From Planctomycetota bacterium (GTDB lineage: Bacteria; Planctomycetota; SZUA-567; H5-PLA8): a stretch of DNA of 64,000 nt. A program made the translations under genes and the position numbers. Positions 49,628-59,531 of this stretch are shown piece by piece. Where the stretch lies: positions 1 to 64,000 of the forward strand of contig BTVV01000002.1 in the NCBI GenBank assembly GCA_045863855.1, written 5' to 3'. The first letter of the stretch is position 1; each line of letters starts with the position of its first letter. The notes beneath the pieces are model-generated. The model was not told where the DNA came from. It searched no databases and worked only from the letters and a program-made list of their open reading frames with translations.

Positions 49628-49647
49628 ACTGATATATTATAATCATT
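49628..49647. promoter_or_regulatory. Putative Zur/Fur-family operator in the znuA promoter
   Basis: TGATATATTATAATCA quasi-palindrome beside TTGACA (49620-49625), directly upstream of a zinc ABC operon. Confidence 0.55.
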
Positions 49648-49693
49648 AAGCCTCGGCCTTTCGGCCCAGGCGTGGCTTCGTGTCGAGATACGC

Positions 49694-50656
49694 ATGATTT
49701 CCAAATCGTCATGGCCGTTGATGCTGCTGGGCGGAACGGTGCTGCTGGCCGCCGCCGCGGCGGCGTACTTCGCGGGACGGCCGTCCGCCGGGCGCAAAGC
49801 CGAACGGCTCACCGTCTGCACGCACCTCTTCGCGCTGCACGAATGGGCCGCGCGCGTCGCCGGTCCGGACGCCGACGCGGTGCTGCTCGAAGGCAGCGGC
49901 GGGGATCCGCACACCTTTTCGCTCAACCCGGCCGATGCGACGCAGATCGCGCGCGCGCACGTCCTGCTCTTGATCGGGCTCGACTTCGATGCTTGGGCCG
50001 CGCGTGCGGTGGAGAACGCACCCGGCGGCATCCAGGTCTGGGAAGCCCGCGCGTGGGTCAAGCTGCGCGAAATGGGCGAAGCGGACGATCATGCGCATCA
50101 CGATCACGGGCACGGGCACGATCATCACCACCACCATGACCACGGTAACGAGGATCCGCACCTATGGCTCGATCCGGATCGCGCGGCGAAGGTGGTTGAA
50201 GAACTGGGCGCGCGCTTCGGAACGCTCGACCCCGCGCATGCGGAGGGTTACACGCAGCGTGCCGCCGCGTACGCCGCCGAACTGCGCGCGTGCGGGAAGG
50301 AAATCGACGAGTTGGCCGGACAGGTGAACGGACGGCTGCTGGTCGTCTTCCACGATGCGTACGGATATCTCTTCGACCGCCTGGGTCTCAAGCTCTCTGG
50401 AACGATTCAGGCCAGTCCCGGGGTCGAGCCGACGCCGCGCGACGTGACCGAAGCTTTGGCGAAACTCCGCGAGATCGGGCAGAAGGTCGTCTTCGCCGAG
50501 CCCGGAAACCAGGCCGCGGCGGAAGCGATCGCGCGCGAACTGGGCGGCCCGGTGGTGCTTCTCGATCCGCTCGAATCCACCGGCTTCGCGCCAGGCCAGT
50601 CGTACTTGGATCGCTTGCGCGCCAACTTGGCGAAACTGAAGGAACACCTCCCATGA
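49694..50656 (+). CDS. znuA: Zinc/metal ABC transporter substrate-binding protein
   Basis: 'DPHTF', His-rich loop HAHHDHGHGHDHHHHHDH, 'DPHLWLDP', 'FHDAYGY'. Confidence 0.9.
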   Translation: MISKSSWPLMLLGGTVLLAAAAAAYFAGRPSAGRKAERLTVCTHLFALHEWAARVAGPDADAVLLEGSGGDPHTFSLNPADATQIARAHVLLLIGLDFDAWAARAVENAPGGIQVWEARAWVKLREMGEADDHAHHDHGHGHDHHHHHDHGNEDPHLWLDPDRAAKVVEELGARFGTLDPAHAEGYTQRAAAYAAELRACGKEIDELAGQVNGRLLVVFHDAYGYLFDRLGLKLSGTIQASPGVEPTPRDVTEALAKLREIGQKVVFAEPGNQAAAEAIARELGGPVVLLDPLESTGFAPGQSYLDRLRANLAKLKEHLP

Positions 50657-51564
50657 GCACCGCACCTGTGCCTGCTCCGGCCACGTCCGCTGCGCACGCT
50701 CCGGCCGCGGCCGAACACGTCATCGAATTCGCTCAAGTTAGCTTCGCGTACGCGAAGGGCGCCACAGTGCTCGAGAAGGTTAATTTTCACGTTCATGCCG
50801 GTGAGTTTCTCGGCGTTATCGGACCCAACGGAGGCGGCAAGACCACGCTGCTGAAGCTGGTGCTTGGCTTGCTGGAACCCACGTCAGGAACGGTCCGCGT
50901 ACTGGGCCGCGATCCGGCGGCGCTGGGGCGCGAGCGCCGCCGCGTCGGGTACGTGCCGCAGGACACCGGCATCCGGCAGCGCTTCCCCGCCTCGGTGCTG
51001 GATGTGGCGCTGATGGGCACCTACGGCGCGTTGGGGCTGTTCCGGCGTCCCGGCGAAGCCGAACGCGAAGCGGCGCTGAAGGCCATCGTCGATGTGGGGC
51101 TGCAGGGGCTCGAAGAACGCCCCGCCTGGAAACTGAGCGGCGGACAGCAGCAGCGCCTGGCCATCGCCCGCGCACTCATCTCCGATCCGCGCATCGTTTT
51201 GCTAGACGAACCCACCAGCGGGCTCGACACCGGCGGGCAAGCGCGGCTATTCGCGTTGCTCGAACGGATCAAGAGCGACCGCAACCTGACGGTGGTGATG
51301 GTAAGCCACGACGTTACCGCCATGGCGCATTACACCGATCAGCTCGCCTGCCTGAATCGCACGCTGCACTGGCACGATCGCAGCGAACTGATCACCGAGC
51401 ATGTGCTCAACCACGTTTACGGCTGCGAACTCGACGCGTTCTTCCTGAAGCATCACGAGCATCTCGAAGAATTCCACGGCGACGGAAGTTCCGCCGAGCA
51501 CGCGCACGGCCCGCATTGCGCTCACGATCACCCCGCGGCCAAGCCGCCCGAGCCGCGCGCATGA
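50653..51564 (+). CDS. znuC: Zinc/metal ABC transporter ATPase
   Basis: GPNGGGKTT, 'GYVPQ', LSGGQQQR, 'LDEPTSGLD', His-rich tail; ATGA overlap. Confidence 0.9.
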   Translation: MSTAPVPAPATSAAHAPAAAEHVIEFAQVSFAYAKGATVLEKVNFHVHAGEFLGVIGPNGGGKTTLLKLVLGLLEPTSGTVRVLGRDPAALGRERRRVGYVPQDTGIRQRFPASVLDVALMGTYGALGLFRRPGEAEREAALKAIVDVGLQGLEERPAWKLSGGQQQRLAIARALISDPRIVLLDEPTSGLDTGGQARLFALLERIKSDRNLTVVMVSHDVTAMAHYTDQLACLNRTLHWHDRSELITEHVLNHVYGCELDAFFLKHHEHLEEFHGDGSSAEHAHGPHCAHDHPAAKPPEPRA

Positions 51565-52448
51565 GCGCTCCGGTCAGCTACTGGCAGGCGCTGGCCGAGA
51601 CGCCGTTGCTGCTGCGCGGAGCCTGCGCCGGCGCGCTGGTGGGCTTGGCCTGCGCCTGCCTATCGCCGTTCGTGGTGCTGCGGCGGCTGGCCTTCGTCGG
51701 CGACGGAATGGCGCACGCGGCCTTTGGCGGGCTGGGGCTGGGACTGTTTTTGATTGCCGGGAGCCGCGCCGACGATCCGCTGGTGCAGTTGATCATGCTG
51801 GGCTTTTGCTTGGTGCTGGCCGTGGCGGTGGGGCGCGCGACGCGGCAGCGCGAGAGCGGGCGCACAGAAGGCAAACTCGCCGCAGACAGCGCCATCGGCA
51901 TCGCCTTTGCCGTCAGCATGGCGTTGGGCGCGTTGCTGATCACTCTCCGACAACGCCGCGAACCGCAATACAAAGCCGGGTGGGAGGGCTACCTTTTCGG
52001 CAGTCTCCTGACCATCGGCGAAAGCCAGGTCTGGATCACCTTCGCGCTTGCGGGGGCCGTATTGCTGGCGCTGGTGCTGTTCCACAAAGAACTGACCTTC
52101 TACACCTACGACGAGACGCTGGCCGAGCTGAGCGGCCTGCCGGTCGCGTTTCTGCATTACCTGTTCCTGGCGTTGCTGGTGCTAACGGTCGTCGTCTCGG
52201 CGCGGATCGTCGGGATCGTGCTGGTTAGTTCTTCGCTGGTGCTTCCCGGCGTGGCGGGGCTGGCGCTGGCGCAACGTCTGCCCACGGCGGTCTGCATCGC
52301 CGGCGCCATCGGTGTGCTCAGCTACCAGGTGGGGCTCTATGCGTCGTTCACCTGGAACATCCCGCCAGGAGCGGCGGTGGTGCTGGTGCAATTTGCCTGC
52401 GTCCTGGCGGCGCAAGCCGTGCGCGTGGCGCGAGGCGCAACGAATTAA
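51561..52448 (+). CDS. znuB: Zinc/metal ABC transporter permease
   Basis: 'VVLRRLAFVGDGMAHAAFGG', 'DSAIG', 'YLFGSLLTI', 'VGIVLV'. Confidence 0.9.
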   Translation: MSAPVSYWQALAETPLLLRGACAGALVGLACACLSPFVVLRRLAFVGDGMAHAAFGGLGLGLFLIAGSRADDPLVQLIMLGFCLVLAVAVGRATRQRESGRTEGKLAADSAIGIAFAVSMALGALLITLRQRREPQYKAGWEGYLFGSLLTIGESQVWITFALAGAVLLALVLFHKELTFYTYDETLAELSGLPVAFLHYLFLALLVLTVVVSARIVGIVLVSSSLVLPGVAGLALAQRLPTAVCIAGAIGVLSYQVGLYASFTWNIPPGAAVVLVQFACVLAAQAVRVARGATN

Positions 52449-52626
52449 TATCTAAAAATTCAAAACTAAAATATTTGGCGTTACTTAGAGCAATTGCTGA
52501 AGTGTGCTGTGCGCTATGGAATCTAGGAGAGGCCGAAAGGGGTAAGGCCACAAATTTACAAATAATGGCCTCACATTATCGAATCATAAAAAGCGATTGA
52601 AGCTAGATCCAAAATCCAAAATCGAA

Positions 52627-53514
52627 TTACGCCTCCTCCACTCCGGCTTGGTTCCGATACCGTAGCGGACTCACGCGATAGTGCGCTTTGAACTGTCGGC
52701 TGAAAAAGTGCTGGCTGGAAAAGCCGCAGGCTTCGGCCACTTCGCGCACGGTTGGCGCCACGCCGGCGGGATGTTCCTTCAATAGTCGCAGACCCAGGCG
52801 CAACCGCGCTTCGACGAGGTAGCGCTTCAGGCTGCGGCCTAAGGTGCGCACGCAAAGCGCGTGGAGATGCCCGGGCGAAAGTTCCAACTGAGCGGCCAGG
52901 TCGGCGACGCGCCAAGCGCGGGCCGGATCGGCGTCGACGAGCGCGCGCAAGCGTTCGACGCGCGCATCCTGCGGGCGCAGCGGACGCAGGAGCGAACGGC
53001 TCCGGGTCTCCCGAGCCGAGGCTTTATGCGCGAACCGCGCCAGTTCGGCGATCAAGTCCAGCAGCCAGCGCTCCCATGCGTAGGGATCGGAAACGGCCGT
53101 CCGTTTGTTCGCCGGCTGCTTGGCATAGACCGCTCGCACGCTTGGCGCTTCGCGCGCGGCAAACGTCAGCGGCACGAACGCGGATGGCCCGGACGGCTGC
53201 AAAAAGGCCGGCACGCGCGGCGCGGGCGATCGAAACGCGAAGTGCGTGTAGCGCAGCACCAGCCCCGGCTTCGTCTCGTCGATCCAGGCGGGCGTGTGCG
53301 GCGGGAGCAGCGCGAAGCTTCCGGCGGGCGCGATCAGGCGCCGCCCGTCGCGCAGCGTCCACGTCGCTTCGCCGCGGCGGACCCAGAACAGATCGAAGTC
53401 GGGGAAGAGGTGCAGGATCGGGAGCTTGCCCGGCGTATTGACGTACTCGCCGGCTCCGCCGCTGAGGTGCGGCACGCCGGCGGGGAAGGGGAGCCACAAG
53501 CGGTCGGCGGACAT
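52627..53514 (-). CDS. AraC-family transcriptional regulator
   Basis: Cupin-like N-domain; C-terminal 'VREVAEACGFSSQHFFSRQFKAHYRVSPLRYR'. Confidence 0.9.
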   Translation of the reverse strand: MSADRLWLPFPAGVPHLSGGAGEYVNTPGKLPILHLFPDFDLFWVRRGEATWTLRDGRRLIAPAGSFALLPPHTPAWIDETKPGLVLRYTHFAFRSPAPRVPAFLQPSGPSAFVPLTFAAREAPSVRAVYAKQPANKRTAVSDPYAWERWLLDLIAELARFAHKASARETRSRSLLRPLRPQDARVERLRALVDADPARAWRVADLAAQLELSPGHLHALCVRTLGRSLKRYLVEARLRLGLRLLKEHPAGVAPTVREVAEACGFSSQHFFSRQFKAHYRVSPLRYRNQAGVEEA

Positions 53515-53647
53515 AAGCGCACCTGAGATTAGTGCAAAAAATAGACGATGGCTCTAAAGACTCCGTTTCTCGAATACGGTAATGTTTTCGGGAACGCAAG
53601 GGCCAATCGACGCATCGGCCCGTGGCACTCAACCGGAGGAACCGACC

Positions 53648-54391
53648 ATGTCCCTGTCCGCCCCGCAGCGCGAAGCCTACGACCGCGAAGGCTACCTCGT
53701 CGTCGACCGCGTGCTCGAACCCGCGCGCCGCGAGGAACTCAGCCGCCGCGTCTGGGACTTGGTCCACGCCGCGGAGGAAGGCCGCCAGAGCAAAGAGCGC
53801 GTGCTCTTCGAACCCGGGTCGACCGCTGCGGCCACGGCCGTCAAGCCCGCGATTCGCAAGCTCAGCAGCCTGGTCGCCGAAGGCGAATTCTTCCAGCAGA
53901 TCGCCCGCGATCCGTTCATTCTGGATCTCGTCGCCGAGATGACCGGCGGCGCGAAGTCGATCTATCTGTACAACGACCAGGTTTTTCTGAAGCCCGCCTT
54001 CTGCGGGAGCGAAAAGCCGCTGCACCAGGACAACAGCTACTTCCGCGTCACGCCGCACTCGCACGGCGTGACCTGCTGGGTCGCCATCGACGAAGCGACC
54101 GAAGAGAACGGCTGCCTCAACTACATTCCGGGAAGCCACAAATTGGGCTTGGTGAAGCACCGCGAGATTCCGCAGACGCCGCACCACGTGCCCGATGTCG
54201 ATTTCCCGCTGGGCCGCGAAGTGCCCGCCCCCGTTCCGGCCGGTGGCGCGGTCTTCCACCACCTGCTCTGCATGCACAGCAGCAAGGCCAATCAGAGCCC
54301 GCACCCGCGCCGTGCTTGGGCGCTGCATTACGTCAACGGCGCAGCCGCCTGCCCCTCGCGGAAGTTTGAAGAGATGTTCCGCGTCAGGTAA
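53648..54391 (+). CDS. Phytanoyl-CoA dioxygenase (PhyH)-family Fe(II)/2-oxoglutarate oxygenase
   Basis: 'YDREGYLVV', HQD, 'WVAIDEATEENGCLNYIPGSH', distal H and 'RRA'; GGAGGA RBS. Confidence 0.9.
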   Translation: MSLSAPQREAYDREGYLVVDRVLEPARREELSRRVWDLVHAAEEGRQSKERVLFEPGSTAAATAVKPAIRKLSSLVAEGEFFQQIARDPFILDLVAEMTGGAKSIYLYNDQVFLKPAFCGSEKPLHQDNSYFRVTPHSHGVTCWVAIDEATEENGCLNYIPGSHKLGLVKHREIPQTPHHVPDVDFPLGREVPAPVPAGGAVFHHLLCMHSSKANQSPHPRRAWALHYVNGAAACPSRKFEEMFRVR

Positions 54392-54408
54392 GCAGGATGG
54401 AAATCGTT

Positions 54409-54480
54409 AAACCGTGAACCGTAAACGGTAACGACCGGGCCGCTGAGGCCTGCCGTTACCGTTTGCCGTTTGCCGTTCGC
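54409..54480. repeat. Inverted heptamer-repeat hairpin after phyH (possible terminator)
   Basis: AAACGGTAACG (54423-54433) pairs with CGTTACCGTTT (54454-54464); flanked by AAACCGT/GAACCGT and GCCGTTT units. Confidence 0.6.
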
Positions 54481-54673
54481 TTCGTCCTAAGTTTTCTTCC
54501 CGCACCATTTTCCGGTCTGCCTTCCGGTCCTCCCGCGACACGGATAGATAAGTTGCTTTCTGGAATTGTCGCAGGCCCGCCTTGACAGCGGCATCTTATA
54601 ACGGGTAGGTTGCACCGCCCCAAAGCGAGCCGCTAACAGACAACTTCTTGTGGTGAATGGGTTTAAGGCAATC

Positions 54674-56131
54674 ATGAAGCCCGATTCGGACGCTCCGGAC
54701 GAACACGCGCTCGCCGCGCAAGCGAAAGACTTGCTGGCGCTGTCCAAGACCGACGTGCGTGCCGCCGAGTTGGCTTTCGCCGATCTGGGCTACGATCGCC
54801 AGCTCCAGACCGCACTGGTCCTCCACGGCGACGATTTGCAGGATTGGCTGCTGCTGGCCGAAGACTGCACCGATCTGGTCCGCGCGCTCCCGCCCGAACA
54901 TCTGCACCACAGCATCCGGCTGATTGGCGAAGAAGACGCGCTCTCGATCCTCAAAGCCGCCAGCAGCGAGCAGCTCAAGGCGCTGCTGGACATCGAGTTT
55001 TACACCGACAACCGGCTCGATCGGAAAAAGGTACGGCGCTGGATCGAACTCCTGTTGGAACTGGGCGGGGACGAGGCCGACGAGGCGCTGCAGGGCGTGG
55101 ACACGTTCGCCATTGCGGCCTTCGTGCGCCGTTATGTCCGCGCGGCGCTGCGCGACGACAACATCGTTCTGGCGCTGCAGATGAAGCAGCATCATCTGAT
55201 TACGCCCGATCAGCTCCAGATTGCCGACGATCTAGTCGAGCGCTTTCTCTCCTTCGTCGACGATTTTGCGCCGGAGGTGTACGGCGAGATCCTCGAGCGC
55301 GTCTTCCTGGACGATCCGAAGGCTGTGGCGTCGGATATGTACGCACAGCGCGACGATCGGTTGGCCGCGCGGGGCTTCCCCGGCCAGGAGCGCGCCGACC
55401 GCCTGCTCGTCCCGGTCGATCTGGGCGCGTACGAATTCGTTTGGAGTACGGCGGATGCGCCGGCCGCGGCGAGTGCGGACCTCGCTCGTACCCGCGAAGC
55501 GGCGCCTTTTATGGTCCAGGTGCTGGCGTGGGGCCGCGCTCAGGGCGAATTGGGCGAGAAGACCGAGCGCGCGTTCATCAAAGAGACGGCCGACGTGGCG
55601 AACATGCTCCTGTTGGCCCACGCGCGCGACGCCGGCGACCCGCAGGCCAAGAAGGAGGCGCTCGCCGCCGTGCAGGTGCTGGGCTCGGTGGGGCTCGAAG
55701 CCGTGGCCAGCGGGCACGTCCCAGCGGCCGTCGAAGCCCTGCAGCGTATGGATGTGGAAGAACTCTTCCGCCTCGGCTGGACGCTCACACGTTCGGTGGC
55801 CAAACCCGCCTGGCAGCTTACGGCCGATCCGCATATGGACGATATCGACAGCCGCCCGCCGGCGTGGCTCCCGGCCGGAGCCCGCGACGCGCTGCTCGAA
55901 GCCGAGTTGCTCATGGATTGGCGCCAAGTGGCCGCTTCCGCGTTGCCGGCCTCCGAACGCCATCCCGATCGCCCGACGCCCGGCCCCATGCTCACTTGGC
56001 CGCGTCTGCGCCGCCTGCGCGCCGCTGTTGAAGCTACGCACCAAAAGTACCAGGATGCCTTCGGACACTCGCCCGATGTCGAGTCCGCCGATCCCACCGT
56101 CGCCGATCCTTCGCTGCGCCGCCTGATCTGA
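54674..56131 (+). CDS. DUF6178-like helical hypothetical protein
   Basis: 'LVRALPPEHLHHSIRLIGEEDA...ASSEQLKALLDIE...W', 'RLAARGFP', 'ELFRLGW' recalled as DUF6178-like; TTGACA at 54582 upstream. Confidence 0.6.
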   Translation: MKPDSDAPDEHALAAQAKDLLALSKTDVRAAELAFADLGYDRQLQTALVLHGDDLQDWLLLAEDCTDLVRALPPEHLHHSIRLIGEEDALSILKAASSEQLKALLDIEFYTDNRLDRKKVRRWIELLLELGGDEADEALQGVDTFAIAAFVRRYVRAALRDDNIVLALQMKQHHLITPDQLQIADDLVERFLSFVDDFAPEVYGEILERVFLDDPKAVASDMYAQRDDRLAARGFPGQERADRLLVPVDLGAYEFVWSTADAPAAASADLARTREAAPFMVQVLAWGRAQGELGEKTERAFIKETADVANMLLLAHARDAGDPQAKKEALAAVQVLGSVGLEAVASGHVPAAVEALQRMDVEELFRLGWTLTRSVAKPAWQLTADPHMDDIDSRPPAWLPAGARDALLEAELLMDWRQVAASALPASERHPDRPTPGPMLTWPRLRRLRAAVEATHQKYQDAFGHSPDVESADPTVADPSLRRLI

Positions 56132-56315
56132 CCGAACCGCCGGCCTCCCGGCCGGCAGGATGGGCTCCTACGCGTTCCATCCCGCGATCCATTGCAGCAT
56201 CCCGAGCGTCTGGGGCGTCCCTTTCCAGGGTGCTTCTGCAAATCTCCGTCGGGCTTGGCGGGGTCGGCTATACTCGTTTAAGTTCTTGATACCAAGAAGG
56301 TTAGGGGGAATCCGC

Positions 56316-57737
56316 ATGCGTGTGAAACTTAGCGCCGGCATGATTCTGAGCGTGCTGGCGTGGGCAGCTACGTTGCAGGCGGCCGTGTATCAAGCCCCGA
56401 GCGCGGAACCGACCCCCGAAGAAACCCAAATTCTTGAGTACATGAACCGCTTCCGCGCCAACCCTTCGGCGGAGGCCGACAAGATTCTGGAGTTCATCAA
56501 AAGCGGCAAGGCGGGCTGGGTCGCGCGGGGCGTGGACTTGGCGATGTTCGAGAACGAGATGAAGGCGCTCAAGCCGTCGCCGCCGCTGGTACTCAACCTC
56601 AAACTGCTGGATGCCGCGCGCAAACACAGCTACTACATGATCCACAACGGGTTGACGCACGTCGAGACGGCGGGCAAGGAAGGCTTCGTCGCCGCCGACT
56701 TCGGCACCCGCTGCAAGAACGCCGGTTACGAAGGCGGGCCCGGCGGCGAAAATTGTTACGCTTCGGCCCCCGACGCTTGGGGCTCGCACGTCGGGTTCGT
56801 GGTCGATTCCGGTCCCGGCGGCACGGGCGGTATGCAGCCTGGGCGCGGCCACCGCATGAACATGCATAACCCCGGCATGCGCGAAGTCGGTCCCGGAGCG
56901 GTCCCGCGCAGCGGTGACCGCGGCGGGCTCTCGGTCACGCACAACATGGGCAGCCGGAAGGTCCGCTTCGTGGGCGGCGTGGTTTTCACCGACCGCAACT
57001 CCAACGAGTGGTACGACCTGGACGAAGGCGTCGGCGGTGTATCCATCAAGTGCAGCGACGGGAGCGAAGTGCGAACTTGGAAGAGCGGCGCGTACACGCT
57101 GGCACTGAAAGGCAACACCGCCGTGACCGTGACGGCCTCGCTGGGCGCGCGGACCTTCAGCCAGGAGATTCCGGCCGGAGCGGAGAACGTGAAGTTCGAC
57201 TGGCGCGTACCCGAGGAAGCGGCGCTGGAACTGGCCGACAAGCTTCTCGCCAAGGTCGAGAGCGTGCCCGGCAAGAGCGGTCCCGGATACACGAATGCGA
57301 TCCTTGAGCTGTATCAGGCCACGCAAGGGCTGGCCGTCGACACGCCGCGCCGTCAGAAGATCGACGAGTTGACCAAGGAGATCGGCCCGCAGCTCGAAGG
57401 AAGCAAGAAGGCGGTGCTGGAGGCGCTGCGCAACTACGGCCCCGAGTTTCCCAAGGTGCTGAACGAGAGCCAGCAGCCGTTCCAGGGCACGGCCGTCGCG
57501 GCGTGGTTTAAAGAAGCCGCGGCCATCGGGCAGGCCAAGGGCAGTTTCATCGGCTTCAAGCAGCAAGTCGAGACGAACAAGACGCTCCCCGAGCAGCAGA
57601 AGCGCCAGTTCCTGACTTATCTCCAGGGACTGGAGAAGCAGTTTCAGGAGTCCGAATTCAAATCCGAACTGGCCGCTCTGATCGACCAGACCATCCCGCT
57701 GGCTGATCCCAAGCGCGCGGGCATGTACAAGCGCTGA
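56316..57737 (+). CDS. Secreted CAP/SCP-domain protein with additional C-terminal domains
   Basis: Signal peptide; 'EYMNRFRANP', 'AARKHSYYM', 'GEN', 'GHRMNM..REVG'; SdrD-B-like 'GVVFTDRNSNEWYDLDEG'. Confidence 0.8.
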   Translation: MRVKLSAGMILSVLAWAATLQAAVYQAPSAEPTPEETQILEYMNRFRANPSAEADKILEFIKSGKAGWVARGVDLAMFENEMKALKPSPPLVLNLKLLDAARKHSYYMIHNGLTHVETAGKEGFVAADFGTRCKNAGYEGGPGGENCYASAPDAWGSHVGFVVDSGPGGTGGMQPGRGHRMNMHNPGMREVGPGAVPRSGDRGGLSVTHNMGSRKVRFVGGVVFTDRNSNEWYDLDEGVGGVSIKCSDGSEVRTWKSGAYTLALKGNTAVTVTASLGARTFSQEIPAGAENVKFDWRVPEEAALELADKLLAKVESVPGKSGPGYTNAILELYQATQGLAVDTPRRQKIDELTKEIGPQLEGSKKAVLEALRNYGPEFPKVLNESQQPFQGTAVAAWFKEAAAIGQAKGSFIGFKQQVETNKTLPEQQKRQFLTYLQGLEKQFQESEFKSELAALIDQTIPLADPKRAGMYKR

Positions 57738-57809
57738 GCCCAGCGCTCAACGCCAGTACAGCTGGCTTTATCGGCAAGGCGTATGGGTAAAGTCCGCTAT
57801 ACCAGGACT

Positions 57810-58127
57810 TCACGCCGAAAAGAGTTTCAAGCCCACCACGCCGGCGACGATCAGAACCAAGCTCGCCATGCGCCCGGCGTTCGCGGGTTCTTCGAACCAC
57901 AGAATACCCAGCACGGCCGTGCCCGCGGCCCCGATGCCCGTCCAGACCGCATAGCCGGTTCCGACGGGGATATGCTTGAGCGCCCACGCCAGCAGCACAA
58001 AGCTGATCGCCATGCAGGCGACGGTCCAGAGCGAAGGCCAAAGCTTGGTGAAGCCTTGGGACTGCTTGAGGCCGATCGCCCAAGCGACCTCGAAGCATCC
58101 GGCCAGAATCAACACGAGCCACGGCAT
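57810..58127 (-). CDS. sugE: SMR-family exporter, Gdx/SugE subtype
   Basis: 105 aa, 4 TM; 'AGCFEVAWAIGLK', 'IPVGTGYAVWTGIGAAG'. Confidence 0.9.
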   Translation of the reverse strand: MPWLVLILAGCFEVAWAIGLKQSQGFTKLWPSLWTVACMAISFVLLAWALKHIPVGTGYAVWTGIGAAGTAVLGILWFEEPANAGRMASLVLIVAGVVGLKLFSA

Positions 58128-58371
58128 CGGTGTGTCTCCAAGCGCTTGACCCGAAAGACATGCCTTCCCACTTGTGCATTCAGTGCTACGCTCACCCGCC
58201 TAAGGCAGGTCAAAATCGGGGTTTATGAAAACTTATTCATTTCTCTAACCTCTTCATATCATTCCAATTGCAAAGCACTGGTGATTTTCCTTGCGCTACA
58301 CCCTTTACCCAAACGGTCCGCATGGCCTATTCTCAAGGTATCGGCTCTTGTCTCTTATCCCGGAGGCCGCC

Positions 58372-58926
58372 ATGTCGAACGCTACCGAATCCCGCATCGT
58401 ATCGTTGCCCACGCATCCCCGCGCCATCGAAGCCGCGCCGATGGTGATGTACGAATGGAAGATGCTCCGCGCCGCGTACAAGATGCTGACCATTCTGCGC
58501 AAGTCGGACGATCCGCGCCGCGAGCAGCTTTTCGGCGTGCTGAACGAAGGCTACAGCGGCGCACTGTTCCTCAATAGTTTTCTCTTCCACGCCCGCAACC
58601 TCGCCGACTTCCTCTACACGCGCGGCGGCGAAGATGCCGACGCGGTCCTGGCCGAACATTTTTTCGCCAACCCCGAAGATTGGCGGCGCAAAGACTTGAA
58701 TCCGGGGCCGTTCCTGACCGCCAACAAGACGCGCCTCTACCAGCAGCTCAGCCGGCCGCGCTACGCCCGCATCGCGTACGGGCGGCTTACCGTCAACAAC
58801 TGGGATCTCGACGCCATTTGGAACGATCTCTCCGGCGCGTGGCAGACCTTCTGGACAGCGCTCCCGATTCCGACGCAGGAGTATTTCGAGGTCGTCCCCG
58901 AAGAGATGCCCATGCCAAAGGTTTAG
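58372..58926 (+). CDS. Hypothetical protein (tandem paralogue 1)
   Basis: GGAGG RBS before ATG 58372; clearly alignable with 59006-59509. Confidence 0.75.
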   Translation: MSNATESRIVSLPTHPRAIEAAPMVMYEWKMLRAAYKMLTILRKSDDPRREQLFGVLNEGYSGALFLNSFLFHARNLADFLYTRGGEDADAVLAEHFFANPEDWRRKDLNPGPFLTANKTRLYQQLSRPRYARIAYGRLTVNNWDLDAIWNDLSGAWQTFWTALPIPTQEYFEVVPEEMPMPKV

Positions 58927-59005
58927 GTCCTCCATCGCTGGTTGCACGTCGGGCAGCGGAGGCGTAGAGTCCCCTTTTCAACCGTACGCCAAAGGGGGCT
59001 CCTGC

Positions 59006-59509
59006 ATGCCGATGCATCCTCGCGCCAAGGAAGCGGCGCCCATGATCATGTACGAATGGAAGATGTTTCGGCCTTCCGGCAAGATGCTCGCTATTCTCCA
59101 GGACGGCAAAGACACACGCCGCGCGCAGCTCTCCCAGGTACTCAACGAGAACTACGCCGGCGCCGTCTTCCTGCTCGACTTCCTGCTCCATGCCCGCAAC
59201 CTGGCCGATTTTCTCTTCATGCGCCCCACCGACGAGAGCGACGACGTGGTCGCCGAACACTTTTTCGATACGCCGGCCGAATGGCGCGCGAAGGGCGTCG
59301 AGCCCGGGCCGTACCTGACGCAGCACAAAGTCCGCATCTACCAGTTGCTGGCCCGCCCGCGCTTCGGGCGGATCGAGTACGGGCGGCTGAGCTTGCGCAA
59401 GTGGGACGCGCACGCGATCGAGCGCGAAATCGTCGGCGGCTGGGAAGTCTTCTGGAACGCCCTGACGCCCGATAAACAGGGCTGGTTCGACGTCACGCCG
59501 CCCTCTTAG
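59006..59509 (+). CDS. Hypothetical protein (tandem paralogue 2)
   Basis: Shares 'HPRA.EAAPM.MYEWKM', 'FL.HARNLADFL', 'AEHFF', 'PGP.LT', 'RPR..RI.YGRL', 'W..FW.AL'. Confidence 0.75.
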   Translation: MPMHPRAKEAAPMIMYEWKMFRPSGKMLAILQDGKDTRRAQLSQVLNENYAGAVFLLDFLLHARNLADFLFMRPTDESDDVVAEHFFDTPAEWRAKGVEPGPYLTQHKVRIYQLLARPRFGRIEYGRLSLRKWDAHAIEREIVGGWEVFWNALTPDKQGWFDVTPPS

Positions 59510-59531
59510 CAAGTGCTTCGAAAGGCTTCTC

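Noticed and set aside
49620..49643. Perfect sigma70 promoter TTGACA...TATAAT
   Set aside because: The spacer is only 12 bp; TATAAT is more plausibly part of the Zur-like palindrome
58128..58300. Canonical guanidine-II/III riboswitch upstream of sugE
   Set aside because: Twin ACGR-loop hairpins and the guanidine-III pattern were not seen; reported only as an unassigned structured leader
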